Shown here piece by piece: positions 16,798 through 32,123 of a stretch of 64,000 nt of DNA. Source of the DNA: a virus; IMG/VR virus record IMGVR_UViG_3300044643_002008, positions 1 to 64,000 of that record. The stretch is one strand, 5' to 3'. The number at the start of each line of letters is the position of its first letter. Within the stretch, counting starts at the first letter, position 1. A program made the position numbers and the translations under genes. The notes below the pieces were generated by a model, which did not search any database, was not told the DNA's origin, and saw nothing but the letters and a program-made list of their open reading frames with translations.

Positions 16798-17575
16798 GGT
16801 TAAACCATCCCTTTTTCTTCTCAAGAGAGGAGTCGACAAACTTTGAGGCCTTTCGGTACGCAACACCAGACCCACCGTTTGATGGAACGGTTCCGCCAGT
16901 CATATACATATTCGTAGAAGCATATTTAAAGAACGACTCGTCGACATATTCTATTTTACGTATGTCGTTTTTTCTCTGCACCGGGATTAGATGCACCAGG
17001 GGAGTGCCTTGCTTAATCACGAATTCAGAATCGGTTTTCACATTTAGCACAACGTTCGCCACCTGATAGAAGTCCGTATTTACTATCGAGGGGAGAACCG
17101 AGTAGTTTTCGTTTTCTTCGTAAAATGTGGGGATGAACAGACACGACCATCCTGGGGCGGTTTGTATTCTCCATGGCGTCAAAAGTTTTGGATAGGACAT
17201 CTTCTCTATTTTTCTAGATTCCGTCATTGGGCATGAGCCTGTTTGAGCAAAGTGAAAACCGGAAGCCATAGGGTGCTCAATACTCGGGTTGAACTCGTCG
17301 GCTGAAATTTCCCACACTCCGGCATTTACATTCGGCCTAAATCTGAAGGTTGTCCAAGCCCGAATTGTTACGCCAAATTCTAAAAAATCAGATATTCCGG
17401 AACACGAACGAATAGAACCTGGTCCTTTGTGAATTCTTCTAAACCAACCAGGAAGGCTTGTTTTAGAATTTATATAAGGAGCATCGTTGTAAAACCTATT
17501 GTCTACCGTTGTGATTCTAAGATGTCCAGGTTTAACTTTTTTAAGCTTGTTAATATTAAAACCTTTAATTTTCAT
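16790..17575 (-). CDS. Conserved phage protein often found with 2OG oxygenases (DUF6065-like, tentative)
   Basis: LPGWF, IRSC, PW.I.T.PGWS.LF, V.TD.Y, IKQGTPLVHLIP motifs recalled from such clusters. Confidence 0.55.
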   Translation of the reverse strand: MKIKGFNINKLKKVKPGHLRITTVDNRFYNDAPYINSKTSLPGWFRRIHKGPGSIRSCSGISDFLEFGVTIRAWTTFRFRPNVNAGVWEISADEFNPSIEHPMASGFHFAQTGSCPMTESRKIEKMSYPKLLTPWRIQTAPGWSCLFIPTFYEENENYSVLPSIVNTDFYQVANVVLNVKTDSEFVIKQGTPLVHLIPVQRKNDIRKIEYVDESFFKYASTNMYMTGGTVPSNGGSGVAYRKASKFVDSSLEKKKGWFNRD

Positions 17576-19046
17576 TAACTGTCTCCATTAGGGCCTGTTT
17601 GTGGTCAACAAGCTCTCGTGAATAGCGTGAAGTCCTGGCGTTATCAGACTTTTTTTCAACGACGCTGCGTATGTTAAACCTATCCATAGCTAGCGAGCTG
17701 GGGTAAGAATTTATCAATCCCTGCCCTTGGGCAACGTGAACAAAATGTCTGGTCAAAAACATAAGATTATTACTGTATGGGATGTCTAAATGACCTGGAG
17801 CTTTTTCTGACCATAGGTCGATAATGCTTTGCAACGAATCAGATACTGGAGCGGAAGCGGTGTCTTTCCAGAAATCTGTGTCCGTCCTGTCTGACATATA
17901 GTGAAGTCGAATCATGTCTCTTATGTTGAGCATCATTGACTCCATCTTGTTGTTGTAGCTGGCTACTAGTTTGTTTGCGCCTGGCACGAAAGACGAAGAG
18001 TACTGAGCTATATGCATGGCCTGGATTATCGTGCTACCAATGCTCGTAGCTTCTAGTGGTTCAACAAACGATGAAGCAAGACCGACACATACGCAGTTTG
18101 CTTTCCACTGCTCGGAGTAGTAACCAGGGTCAAACCTGAATGAACGCGCTGGCTCTATGTGGTATCCAGAAATTTTTCTAGCTTCTTCAACTGCTTGGTC
18201 ATCAGACAGGTGAGCGGAAGAATATACGTATCCATTTCCTCTGCGGCTTTGGGTTGGAATTTCCCACATCCATCCAGACGACGCTGCTCTTGCTCGTGTG
18301 TAGGGCCTGATTTTTCCATTAGGGTCTGCTTCTGTAGGAAATGCAATAGCCGAGTCAACAATTAGCTCATCAGAAAAAGACTTCCAGCTTTTGTTGTCAA
18401 GCATGCCCATGAGTTCTCGCTTGAATCCTGTCGCATCTATCCACATATCGGCGGCGAGTGTCATCCCAGAAACTAGAGTTGCTGACTCTATGTTGCCGTT
18501 GGTGTCTAGGTTTAGTGACCCTATTTCATCATCGACAAACTTAATCATTCTCTTAAAGCAAATACCTGTCAAGAAATCGTTAAGCATGAACGTATCAAAG
18601 TGATACTGGTTCGTGTTGTTGTGTAGGTGTTCTTTAATTATTTTGTCCTGAACCAAGCCTATAGAGCCGGTTTGGGTTGTAAGCATTTTTTCGTTTTCCA
18701 TAAAGCTTAAGTACTCGCCAATAAGTCCCCAGGCTTCAATTTCTTCTATTCCCGCAACACTGTGGAAATAGTCGGGAATTTTGTCTGTCCAGTTTTCAAA
18801 ACGTATTCCGTACTTGTGTGTTGCGCCGGTGTTCTTTATTAGCTCATCGACACCAATGTCGCAGCGTTCCATAAACATTTTCCAGTGCTCTGTACTGCCT
18901 TCGCCTACGCCAACAATGCCAATCTTGCTAGAGGAGATATTTGTTATCTCGGCATTCGGAAAAGATTGTCTTAAAACTATGGATGTAATAAGTCCGGCTG
19001 TACCGGAACCAACAACACAAAAACTTATCTGATTAGGATGTTGCAT
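17565..19046 (-). CDS. Flavin-dependent halogenase (tryptophan halogenase/PrnA family)
   Basis: GSGTAG, GVGEGS, ATHKYGIRFENW (catalytic Lys), WMWEIP (WxWxIP), FVEPLEATSI. Confidence 0.92.
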   Translation of the reverse strand: MQHPNQISFCVVGSGTAGLITSIVLRQSFPNAEITNISSSKIGIVGVGEGSTEHWKMFMERCDIGVDELIKNTGATHKYGIRFENWTDKIPDYFHSVAGIEEIEAWGLIGEYLSFMENEKMLTTQTGSIGLVQDKIIKEHLHNNTNQYHFDTFMLNDFLTGICFKRMIKFVDDEIGSLNLDTNGNIESATLVSGMTLAADMWIDATGFKRELMGMLDNKSWKSFSDELIVDSAIAFPTEADPNGKIRPYTRARAASSGWMWEIPTQSRRGNGYVYSSAHLSDDQAVEEARKISGYHIEPARSFRFDPGYYSEQWKANCVCVGLASSFVEPLEATSIGSTIIQAMHIAQYSSSFVPGANKLVASYNNKMESMMLNIRDMIRLHYMSDRTDTDFWKDTASAPVSDSLQSIIDLWSEKAPGHLDIPYSNNLMFLTRHFVHVAQGQGLINSYPSSLAMDRFNIRSVVEKKSDNARTSRYSRELVDHKQALMETVNEN

Positions 19047-20160
19047 CAAAAAACCTCGCTGCTTTAAAACCGTTACGTACGGTCTCTGTCTGATGACTAA
19101 AGCGGACAATCCCTAGGCTTTTGTATTTTCCCTGTGAGAAGCACGAATCGTATATATCTTGAGTTGTAACTTCATTTAATGGGGTTGTCGGTATTATTTC
19201 GTTTACGTAAATAGCAATGTTGTTTTGATTTATTTGTTTTTCTTCTGTTTTTAGGTCTTGCTCTATCTCTGGGTGAGCAGGATGTTGAGCTTCCAAAGAA
19301 GATAAAGTGTTGTAGAAAAGCTGTTTCTTTAGGTGGTTTTTTATAGATAAAGGTAAATTTCCTGTTTCAACAAAACCGTGGCGAGGGTTTCCATACCCCC
19401 TCATAAATCTTTCTGTTGGCATTATGACTTCTGATTCTTTTAGTTCTTGAATCATTTCTTCAGTGATACCTAGAGCCTCAATAAATAGATGAGCTTTTTC
19501 TGCGTAGTATTCTGAGGTTAATTCTGCTAAATATAGGTCTCGCCACTCGCACAACTGCCGCAGTATTCCAGAAAGAGTTTTTGCAGCCAAAGTTACACAA
19601 GGCCAGTTCCTCCAGGACATGTCGATTCCGTGTATGTGCTGCGAAGTTATGTGAGATACACCGTTTATGTTTATCATTGGAAGAAGAGAGAGACGTGAAA
19701 GCAGGGAGTAATCCATGGGTGTTGGTTTTATTCCATCAGTAACATCATGCATCCGCGGACCATACATGTTCCTGTCGCATCTTTCGCCTACAGGAACGGG
19801 CCATTTTGTATTTGGCCTATCTACCATTTCTACGGAATTTAAAAAACCCAAAAATTCATGAGCTCTAAGTGGTCTATTTTCCCAAAAATCATAGTTTTCT
19901 TCATATGAAGGTAAGTGAAGAACGTATTCCTCACCAGTGTCAAGAACAGCGGTCAGTCCCCATGTACTGGTTTGCTCTAAGTACATTTTTTCAATTCTTA
20001 TTATTGTTCCGGCAGAATGGGCAAACGCTTCAAAGTCTTGTCTTTCCCCAAATCCTTCGGGGTGTTCGTATTTAATTGTCAAGCTCGAGCATGGGCCAAC
20101 AAGGGCAAAACACCCATTAGGTGCAACTGTGAGTTCGGAAATGGGTCTTACTGAAACCAT
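19033..20160 (-). CDS. Hypothetical protein
   Basis: 375 aa; overlaps the oxygenase and halogenase genes at each end. Confidence 0.75.
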   Translation of the reverse strand: MVSVRPISELTVAPNGCFALVGPCSSLTIKYEHPEGFGERQDFEAFAHSAGTIIRIEKMYLEQTSTWGLTAVLDTGEEYVLHLPSYEENYDFWENRPLRAHEFLGFLNSVEMVDRPNTKWPVPVGERCDRNMYGPRMHDVTDGIKPTPMDYSLLSRLSLLPMININGVSHITSQHIHGIDMSWRNWPCVTLAAKTLSGILRQLCEWRDLYLAELTSEYYAEKAHLFIEALGITEEMIQELKESEVIMPTERFMRGYGNPRHGFVETGNLPLSIKNHLKKQLFYNTLSSLEAQHPAHPEIEQDLKTEEKQINQNNIAIYVNEIIPTTPLNEVTTQDIYDSCFSQGKYKSLGIVRFSHQTETVRNGFKAARFFDATS

Positions 20161-20714
20161 GTCACAAGACTACACTTTGTTCCGGACGTTACTGGGTGAG
20201 CTATATGGACATACGGAAAATTAGACGGAAAAATAACAACGTCGCCAACCTCTGGCTTTATCTTTACTCCAAAAAATGGGAACTCTAATTCTCCGCCAGA
20301 TTTAGGCTCTTCCAAAAAAGCAACAAGGCTAACTATTCTGCTGTTTGCAGGAGAATGGTCGTAATGGGAGTGATATTCCCCTCCTCCCGAGTACTTAAGA
20401 AGTCTCCACCCTTCGTATCCTGAAGTAACAACTAAGTGCTCTTTCCTGTAATCCGGCAGTATTTCATCAATAATGAGACTGGAAATCTTCTGAAATTTCT
20501 GTGCGGCAGGGGAGTCAGAAGACAAAAGTCCACTTATGTTTGCTTCAGAAGAAGTCCTGTAGCTATTTATAAATCCGTTACCAACCAGAGAGTTGGTCCA
20601 CTGAATTTCTGACCACTGATTGTTGATTTCTGAATTGACGTCATTCATGAATGCGGCAGCGTCTATGGCTTTTTTGTACACATTTATGCATACTGCTGGT
20701 TGCAGAATTTCCAT
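20148..20714 (-). CDS. 2OG-Fe(II) oxygenase (prolyl-4-hydroxylase-like)
   Basis: LLKY..GGEYHSHYD, GGEL.F, FPSNF.Y.H.A.PV.SG.K. Confidence 0.92.
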   Translation of the reverse strand: MEILQPAVCINVYKKAIDAAAFMNDVNSEINNQWSEIQWTNSLVGNGFINSYRTSSEANISGLLSSDSPAAQKFQKISSLIIDEILPDYRKEHLVVTSGYEGWRLLKYSGGGEYHSHYDHSPANSRIVSLVAFLEEPKSGGELEFPFFGVKIKPEVGDVVIFPSNFPYVHIAHPVTSGTKCSLVTWFQ

Positions 20715-20720
20715 TGTTTT

Positions 20721-21110
20721 TTACTTTTCGTGAATGCTGTTAGAAAAATATTCTTTTTCGTTAACGTAAACATAAAACCGTTTTTCTAAACAGTCTTTGT
20801 GTCTAATTCTGAATTTTACAATATGTTTTTCTTGTATTTTTGGATAGAAAATTTCGTCATCAATCTTTAAAAAACAGCTAGTGGACATATCTGTAAATTC
20901 ATCGTGGATATCTAGCGACCAGATTCTTCCGGAAACATAGTCTTCAGAGTATGAAATATCCCTAACCCTGGGCTTTGAAACTATTTGTATTTCAGTTGCC
21001 GCTTCTTCTACTCTAGTTTCGAGAGAAAAAGTTCTTGCCAGAATAATTGCTTCTTCAGGAATCAATTCATCTATGACAAGATTTTTAGGGATAGAAATAT
21101 ACCTGTCCAT
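20721..21110 (-). CDS. Hypothetical protein
   Basis: In operon. Confidence 0.65.
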   Translation of the reverse strand: MDRYISIPKNLVIDELIPEEAIILARTFSLETRVEEAATEIQIVSKPRVRDISYSEDYVSGRIWSLDIHDEFTDMSTSCFLKIDDEIFYPKIQEKHIVKFRIRHKDCLEKRFYVYVNEKEYFSNSIHEK

Positions 21111-21343
21111 TATTCCATTTCTGCTTTTTTGGCTTTCAATGATTCAATGAGGTTGATGTAGTGTCTGACTCTTCCGGTCGGAGTCTCCATGTCAAGCGGT
21201 TCACCCCATGTTGTTTCATCAAACTCGTCTGGGTCAACGCCTATCTGCATCAAAATAGAGTACAAACCTATTTGTGAATTGCTTATTTCAATATTGAGCA
21301 ATCTTATTTTGTCTGCAGTGCTTATTCCGTCAAATATTCCCAT
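21110..21343 (-). CDS. Small hypothetical protein (possible fibre chaperone)
   Basis: AGGAGA RBS; follows the His-rich fibre gene. Confidence 0.65.
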   Translation of the reverse strand: MGIFDGISTADKIRLLNIEISNSQIGLYSILMQIGVDPDEFDETTWGEPLDMETPTGRVRHYINLIESLKAKKAEME

Positions 21344-21352
21344 ATTTTTCTC

Positions 21353-22702
21353 CTATTGGTTAAGTATTATGTATGTTGAGCCATTAGATGCAGAAAAAGT
21401 ATCCGCTTCCGCGGTCGTTCCTGCGCGAACATCATAGTTTAACCCACTTGGGGTCTGTTCTGTAATTATGATGATTGCGCCTCCGCCACCTGCGCCGCCC
21501 CTTTTGCCAGTGCCTCCGGTAGCCGCAGGAGAGCCTGTGCCGCCTGCTCCACCCGCTCCTCCAGCACCACCAGCATAATGGGGGCCGGGAGTACAGCAAG
21601 GAGCATGGATAGTCGCTGAATGGTTGTGCGAAGTGTGGGGAGCATGAATTACGGCCGAGTGGTTATGAGTGTGCTGATGGTGAAAAGCTGGAACATGTTT
21701 GTTTCCAGGGTCATGGGCGTGTCCGCCGTGTGTGTGCGGTTCGTGAATAGTCGCAGAGTGATTATGTGATGTGTGGGGCGCGTGAATCACAGCCGAGTGG
21801 TGATGATGGTCCGTATACCCAGGGGCAGCAGCTCCGGTCGAGCCGGTCGAGCCGTTTGGTCCAGCTGGGGACGTGGTTCCAACCGAGCCAGTAGCGCCGA
21901 CCATACCAATAGACATAATCGTCCCTGTGCCAACAATATGCTTTGCGATTATTCCTACGGTTCCTCCGCCTGCGCCTCCCGCACCTCCAGCGCCTCCAGT
22001 TGCAGCAATTGGTGTGGTTGGAGCGGAGCCAGCACTTCCAGTATTACCCGTAGCGCCACGTCCTCCTGGAGTGCCAACGGATGTTGCGTTAGGAGGCCAT
22101 GCTCCGTTGCTTCCAGCAGAACCTGCGCTTCCTGCTTTGCCGGGCCACGTGCTCGTAAATCCTGGTGAGTCAGGGCCGTTTGTATACGAAGTAACTGCAG
22201 TTCCCGTAGAGCCCGTAGTCCCAGCAGAACCTCCGGCAATCATCACTGGAGTTATGTGTCCAAATGTTGCATCGAACGAAACACCTGTTAGGGACTCAAC
22301 TCTTCTGACCAAAAACTCTGGCAAAACCGTAATACCAGGACTTGTTGCTCCCCCGCCCTGTCCGCCTAGACGGTAGGCAATAGCTGAAGACATATTTCCA
22401 GCCAGCGTTCCAGTCGAAGACGCGGAGACATGAGAAGACATCGTTCCGTTAGTGGAGCCAGGAGTGTTTCCGGTAACGGCTCCGATTCCAACAACTCCGT
22501 TTATTGTCGCTGTGTCTTTAACAAAAATACGAAAACCGTTAGTCAGCAAGACGTTGCCAAGTGGGACATTTAGATTGTTGTAATACCTATCGGACGTAAG
22601 GGTGACTGTTCCGCTAATCGTGACGTCTCCATGCATTCCTGTTCCGTAGATAGCATCATTTCCAATACGGGATGCACTCGGTTCAATTCTTGAAACAGGC
22701 AT
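21353..22702 (-). CDS. Gly-rich tail fibre/adhesin with a His-rich repeat insert
   Basis: YGTG.G.V.I, GGxGG stretches, about 25 His in about 77 aa. Confidence 0.8.
   Translation of the reverse strand: MPVSRIEPSASRIGNDAIYGTGMHGDVTISGTVTLTSDRYYNNLNVPLGNVLLTNGFRIFVKDTATINGVVGIGAVTGNTPGSTNGTMSSHVSASSTGTLAGNMSSAIAYRLGGQGGGATSPGITVLPEFLVRRVESLTGVSFDATFGHITPVMIAGGSAGTTGSTGTAVTSYTNGPDSPGFTSTWPGKAGSAGSAGSNGAWPPNATSVGTPGGRGATGNTGSAGSAPTTPIAATGGAGGAGGAGGGTVGIIAKHIVGTGTIMSIGMVGATGSVGTTSPAGPNGSTGSTGAAAPGYTDHHHHSAVIHAPHTSHNHSATIHEPHTHGGHAHDPGNKHVPAFHHQHTHNHSAVIHAPHTSHNHSATIHAPCCTPGPHYAGGAGGAGGAGGTGSPAATGGTGKRGGAGGGGAIIIITEQTPSGLNYDVRAGTTAEADTFSASNGSTYIILNQ
21578..21808 (-). repeat. His-rich protein repeat: four copies of HxHSA[VT]IH[AE]P
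   Basis: HHHHSAVIHAPHTSHNHSATIHEP...HNHSAVIHAPHTSHNHSATIHAPCC. Confidence 0.9.
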
Positions 22703-22703
22703 A

Positions 22704-23468
22704 TCACACTCTCTGCATGTAGTAGTGGGTACCCGGGTTTTGGCCAGATACGTCCACAGAGATTCCTGCAGGAAGAGCGGCTGAGGATGAAATTACGAGA
22801 ACAACCCCGCCGCCTGCTGGTGCTATTGCAGGAGCTTTGATGTATGCGGTTCCAGATGCTGGTCCAGCAATGTAGCGAGCAGCGACTATAACTACTCCAC
22901 CGCCAACTTGGCCAACTCCACCTGCGCCTCCACGAAGAAACGTCGGTCCACCTGACGCGGTAATTGAATATCCGGTTATCGCTTGATGTGGAATTTGGAA
23001 ATACTCAGCTCCGCCCAACGCTGCTAGAGGAGCAGTTGCTGCATAGCCAGTTGCAGAACCACCAAGCGAGTGAGACACTACGCTAGTTAGTCCGCCACCC
23101 TGAGCTATTGAGCCTGCTGTTGAATATCCAGTATTAAACCCAATTGTTGAGTCCGTACCCATGAATCTCAAAGTTCCTTTAACAAAGATTCGATACCCAT
23201 TGGGCGCAAGACGACAGCTTGTGTTTATCGTTAAATCATTAAAGTTCATGTCGCGCGTCATGGAGTAAACGCTTGCAGATGGAGCCATGCCCAAAATAGT
23301 GGTGGTTCCGTCCAGTACTGCATTGCCGTCAGCGCCAGTTCCATAAACGGCATCAGCGCCTTCGTTGTAATAGGAGACCCAAACAACCCCATCCCACTGC
23401 CAGCTCTTAGAGCCAACAGTAAAGATTTGGTTTACATATGGAGAAGAAGGAAAAGTAATCGCCGTCAT
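22704..23468 (-). CDS. Gly-rich tail fibre protein, paralog of 21353-22702
   Basis: DAVYGTGADG vs DAIYGTGMHG; NGYRIFVKGT vs NGFRIFVKDT; N-terminal FPSSP..QIFT...WQWDG..W motif. Confidence 0.8.
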   Translation of the reverse strand: MTAITFPSSPYVNQIFTVGSKSWQWDGVVWVSYYNEGADAVYGTGADGNAVLDGTTTILGMAPSASVYSMTRDMNFNDLTINTSCRLAPNGYRIFVKGTLRFMGTDSTIGFNTGYSTAGSIAQGGGLTSVVSHSLGGSATGYAATAPLAALGGAEYFQIPHQAITGYSITASGGPTFLRGGAGGVGQVGGGVVIVAARYIAGPASGTAYIKAPAIAPAGGGVVLVISSSAALPAGISVDVSGQNPGTHYYMQRV

Positions 23469-23698
23469 TAAGAACCACCAATAATTGCGTTTATTTCTTC
23501 TTCTGTTAGACCCAGTGCGCTTAGTTTTTCTGAAGCAGACTCTCTTGCTTGTAAGCGTGATTGAGCCCGTTCTTCAATAGATTCATCACGATTTTCAAGT
23601 AACGCAGAAATTTCTTCTGCTGTTAATTCCCGTGTAATTGTTTCTCCCGTAATCGCATCATGAAATGAGCCATAGTATTTTTCTTGTTCATTGCTCAT
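23468..23698 (-). CDS. Small tail-fibre-associated protein
   Basis: DAITGETITRELTAEE...KLSALGLTEEEI. Confidence 0.7.
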   Translation of the reverse strand: MSNEQEKYYGSFHDAITGETITRELTAEEISALLENRDESIEERAQSRLQARESASEKLSALGLTEEEINAIIGGS

Positions 23699-23703
23699 TT
23701 TTA

Positions 23704-29601
<5,898 letters not shown>

Positions 29602-29614
29602 TCAGGGCTAGGCA

Positions 29615-29803
29615 TTAAGCCTTCTTGCCAAATGCTGTGTCTTTAGGATTCAAGTAGCGAAGGACAACTGGAAGAGCTGCTGCCCAAAGAGCGTTTGCTG
29701 CCAGCTTAATATCACCTGTAGCTGCATAGGTAGCAACTGCAGCGCCAAGAACGCTTCTTCCGTAAGATGCCAATAGTGCTTTTTGTTCTGCTGTAATTTT
29801 CAT
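29615..29803 (-). CDS. Holin-like small membrane protein
   Basis: SYGRSVLGAAVA..LWAAALPVVLRYLNPKD. Confidence 0.65.
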   Translation of the reverse strand: MKITAEQKALLASYGRSVLGAAVATYAATGDIKLAANALWAAALPVVLRYLNPKDTAFGKKA

Positions 29804-29810
29804 GTTATTC

Positions 29811-31100
29811 CTATCCTGTTACGACGATGTGGAAATCGCCAGCGGTGATTGTTCCGTTCATCGTCACTGTGACCGCGTCTACACTGGTGCGAACAACGTC
29901 GCAGATAATTGTTTCATAGGTCGAGACTTGGTAAACCTGAACAATTACGTTTCTTGTATTGAGGTTGTGCGTAACAGTTGTAGTAGAAACGCCATCCGAA
30001 GAAGCTGAGCAAGCCTGGTTAACGACTCTTGCAAGAACTGCAGTAGAGGTTGTTTGGCCGGATGTTGGCGTAAAACCAAGGGCTGTACGAGCGTCTGCGG
30101 CTGTTGAGGAGCCAGTACCACCGTCTGCAACAGCAACGTCTGTGCCGTTCCATGTACCGGTGGTGATTGTTCCAAGGGTTGTAATGCTTGATTGACCAGC
30201 ATACGTAGAGGCAATGTCCACGCTGTTTGCATTAGCGGTAATTCGGTCAGCTGTTCCGACAACATTGATTGTGTTTCCGTCTTTTGTAAGACCGTCACCA
30301 GCAGTAATTTGACCAGCACCAGAGAACTGAGCAAAGGTGAGTGCAGTTGTACCTAGCGTAATGGTGTCGTTGGTTGTAAGAACCCAGCCAGAATCAGCGT
30401 TTACGGTACCTTCTGCAACGAAAGTAAACATTCCAGCAGTAACTTCTGCGGAAGAGTCAGCGTCTGCTGCACGAGTCCACGGCGCGTCATCCACAACAAT
30501 ATAAATACCGTTATTCTGAGGATTACCTACTTGGTTTTTAACAAGAATGCGGTCACCTGCAACAACTTGCACACCGTCAACAGTTACTTCACCGACAGCA
30601 TAAGACCCAATAAGCATCATTTCGTTAGTCGTGGCTGCACGAACTGATGCTTTAACATCAAGACCTGCACGGGCAGCGTCTACATAGCCCTTGGTAGCGG
30701 CATGGGCATCGTCGGTAGGGGTAGCAACCTTGATGTTTCCGCTGCTATCTCTTTGTACGAGCGTTGAAACAGTTGCATTGGACGTTGCACCGTTAAGCAA
30801 TGCCCAGAATGTTGAAGAAAGAAGACCAGCAGAGTCAACATCTGCAAGATTCAGGGTAATAGTCACAGTTCCATTTGTGGAAGGGGTGATAGTAATTGCG
30901 TCAGTATGGTCACCGGTCTTGGTGATGGAACTGATTGCATTTACCCAGGCCGTACCGTTAAATAGGCGAACAACACCATTGTCGCTGTTGTAGTACATCC
31001 GACCCGCAAAACCAGCTGGGTCTGTGCCTAAAACCTCAAAGCGACCACTTAAAATTTGATTTTGATTTAGGTCAAGATTTGTTAGAAATTTAGTTGCCAT
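29811..31100 (-). CDS. Virion fibre/decoration protein
   Basis: DAHAATKGYVD, LDVKASVRAAT, GDRILVKNQ..NGIY, FAQFSGAG, THNLNT. Confidence 0.8.
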   Translation of the reverse strand: MATKFLTNLDLNQNQILSGRFEVLGTDPAGFAGRMYYNSDNGVVRLFNGTAWVNAISSITKTGDHTDAITITPSTNGTVTITLNLADVDSAGLLSSTFWALLNGATSNATVSTLVQRDSSGNIKVATPTDDAHAATKGYVDAARAGLDVKASVRAATTNEMMLIGSYAVGEVTVDGVQVVAGDRILVKNQVGNPQNNGIYIVVDDAPWTRAADADSSAEVTAGMFTFVAEGTVNADSGWVLTTNDTITLGTTALTFAQFSGAGQITAGDGLTKDGNTINVVGTADRITANANSVDIASTYAGQSSITTLGTITTGTWNGTDVAVADGGTGSSTAADARTALGFTPTSGQTTSTAVLARVVNQACSASSDGVSTTTVTHNLNTRNVIVQVYQVSTYETIICDVVRTSVDAVTVTMNGTITAGDFHIVVTG

Positions 31101-31111
31101 TTTGCCTCAAT

Positions 31112-31423
31112 CTAGGTCAGGTATGCGTATCCGGAGAACGCCGCAGTAAATGTGACAGTTATTTGCGTCGTACTGTCATATTTTACCTCACCAATTACCG
31201 CCGTACCTGCAGAATCAACAACAGTTACGGATGGGAACCCGCCAAGGGTGTGTTCGATAACCCATTCACTGGAGACTATTGGTTTCGCATATACAAATCT
31301 GCGAGTGTTTCCGCCACCCCCTCCAGAGCGTACGACGACAAGATTAGGGGCCTGCTCGTTTACGATGACCTGGTTGGGTGTGTCCTGGTAGACGTTGACG
31401 TTATTGGGGACGTTATTGCTCAC
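31112..31423 (-). CDS. Small virion structural protein
   Basis: WVIEHTLG.FPSVTVVDSAG..FSG.AYL. Confidence 0.75.
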   Translation of the reverse strand: MSNNVPNNVNVYQDTPNQVIVNEQAPNLVVVRSGGGGGNTRRFVYAKPIVSSEWVIEHTLGGFPSVTVVDSAGTAVIGEVKYDSTTQITVTFTAAFSGYAYLT

Positions 31424-31785
31424 CGTGTTACCTCGTAAGAGAGTATAAATTCGCCCTGGACAAGCCTTGAGACGTCTAAGGAGCCATTTATTAACTCGAT
31501 GTCATAAACACCACTGTTTGTTATTGACGAGGTCTGAGCTGCGGTCATCTGCACGGTTACTGCGCCATTTTCCTCGTCGATGTCTATTCCGCCATTTTCT
31601 GTAGTTAGGGTAATCATTGCCGAGGAGGACTCGATTGTGCGCCTAACTTGCATTCTGGCCTTATATCCACTCAGGTCCCAGGGGTGGTAAATCGTAGGGT
31701 CAGTTTCGTCCGGGTACTGAAGCTCAAATCTTCGGGAGTATGTGGTTCCCTGCTCGCAGACCATGTTGTAATTTCCAGCAAGCAT
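31420..31785 (-). CDS. Virion structural protein (BppU/LtfC-like adaptor)
   Basis: EQGTTY, DLSGYKARMQVR, GVYDIEL, RLVQG; AGGAGGTG RBS. Confidence 0.7.
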   Translation of the reverse strand: MLAGNYNMVCEQGTTYSRRFELQYPDETDPTIYHPWDLSGYKARMQVRRTIESSSAMITLTTENGGIDIDEENGAVTVQMTAAQTSSITNSGVYDIELINGSLDVSRLVQGEFILSYEVTR

Positions 31786-31836
31786 TTGCCCACCTCCTAA
31801 CTAATAAATTGTAGACCAATACTTGCTTTTCTAGAC

Positions 31837-32055
31837 TTATTCGTCTTCGTCTTCTGATGCAATCATGTCTATTGCGTATTCGAGCATCCCGTGAGCTAGC
31901 CAGGGAGACATGGTGTCGCTCACAAAAAGATTTAGCTGTGAACCTTTTTCGTCAGCAACTTCCGCGACTATTACGAAATTGACTATCAGTTTTTCGGGCA
32001 TTGACTTGTGAACTAATTCCCGAAATATTTCATTCATCTCTTCGTTGTTTGCCAT
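31837..32055 (-). CDS. Hypothetical protein
   Basis: 72-aa ORF. Confidence 0.65.
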   Translation of the reverse strand: MANNEEMNEIFRELVHKSMPEKLIVNFVIVAEVADEKGSQLNLFVSDTMSPWLAHGMLEYAIDMIASEDEDE

Positions 32056-32123
32056 AGTGTTTTCCAGTCTTGCAAAAGTTGGTTATTTTACGACCAACGA
32101 TGACATGAATAAATTTGTCTAGA

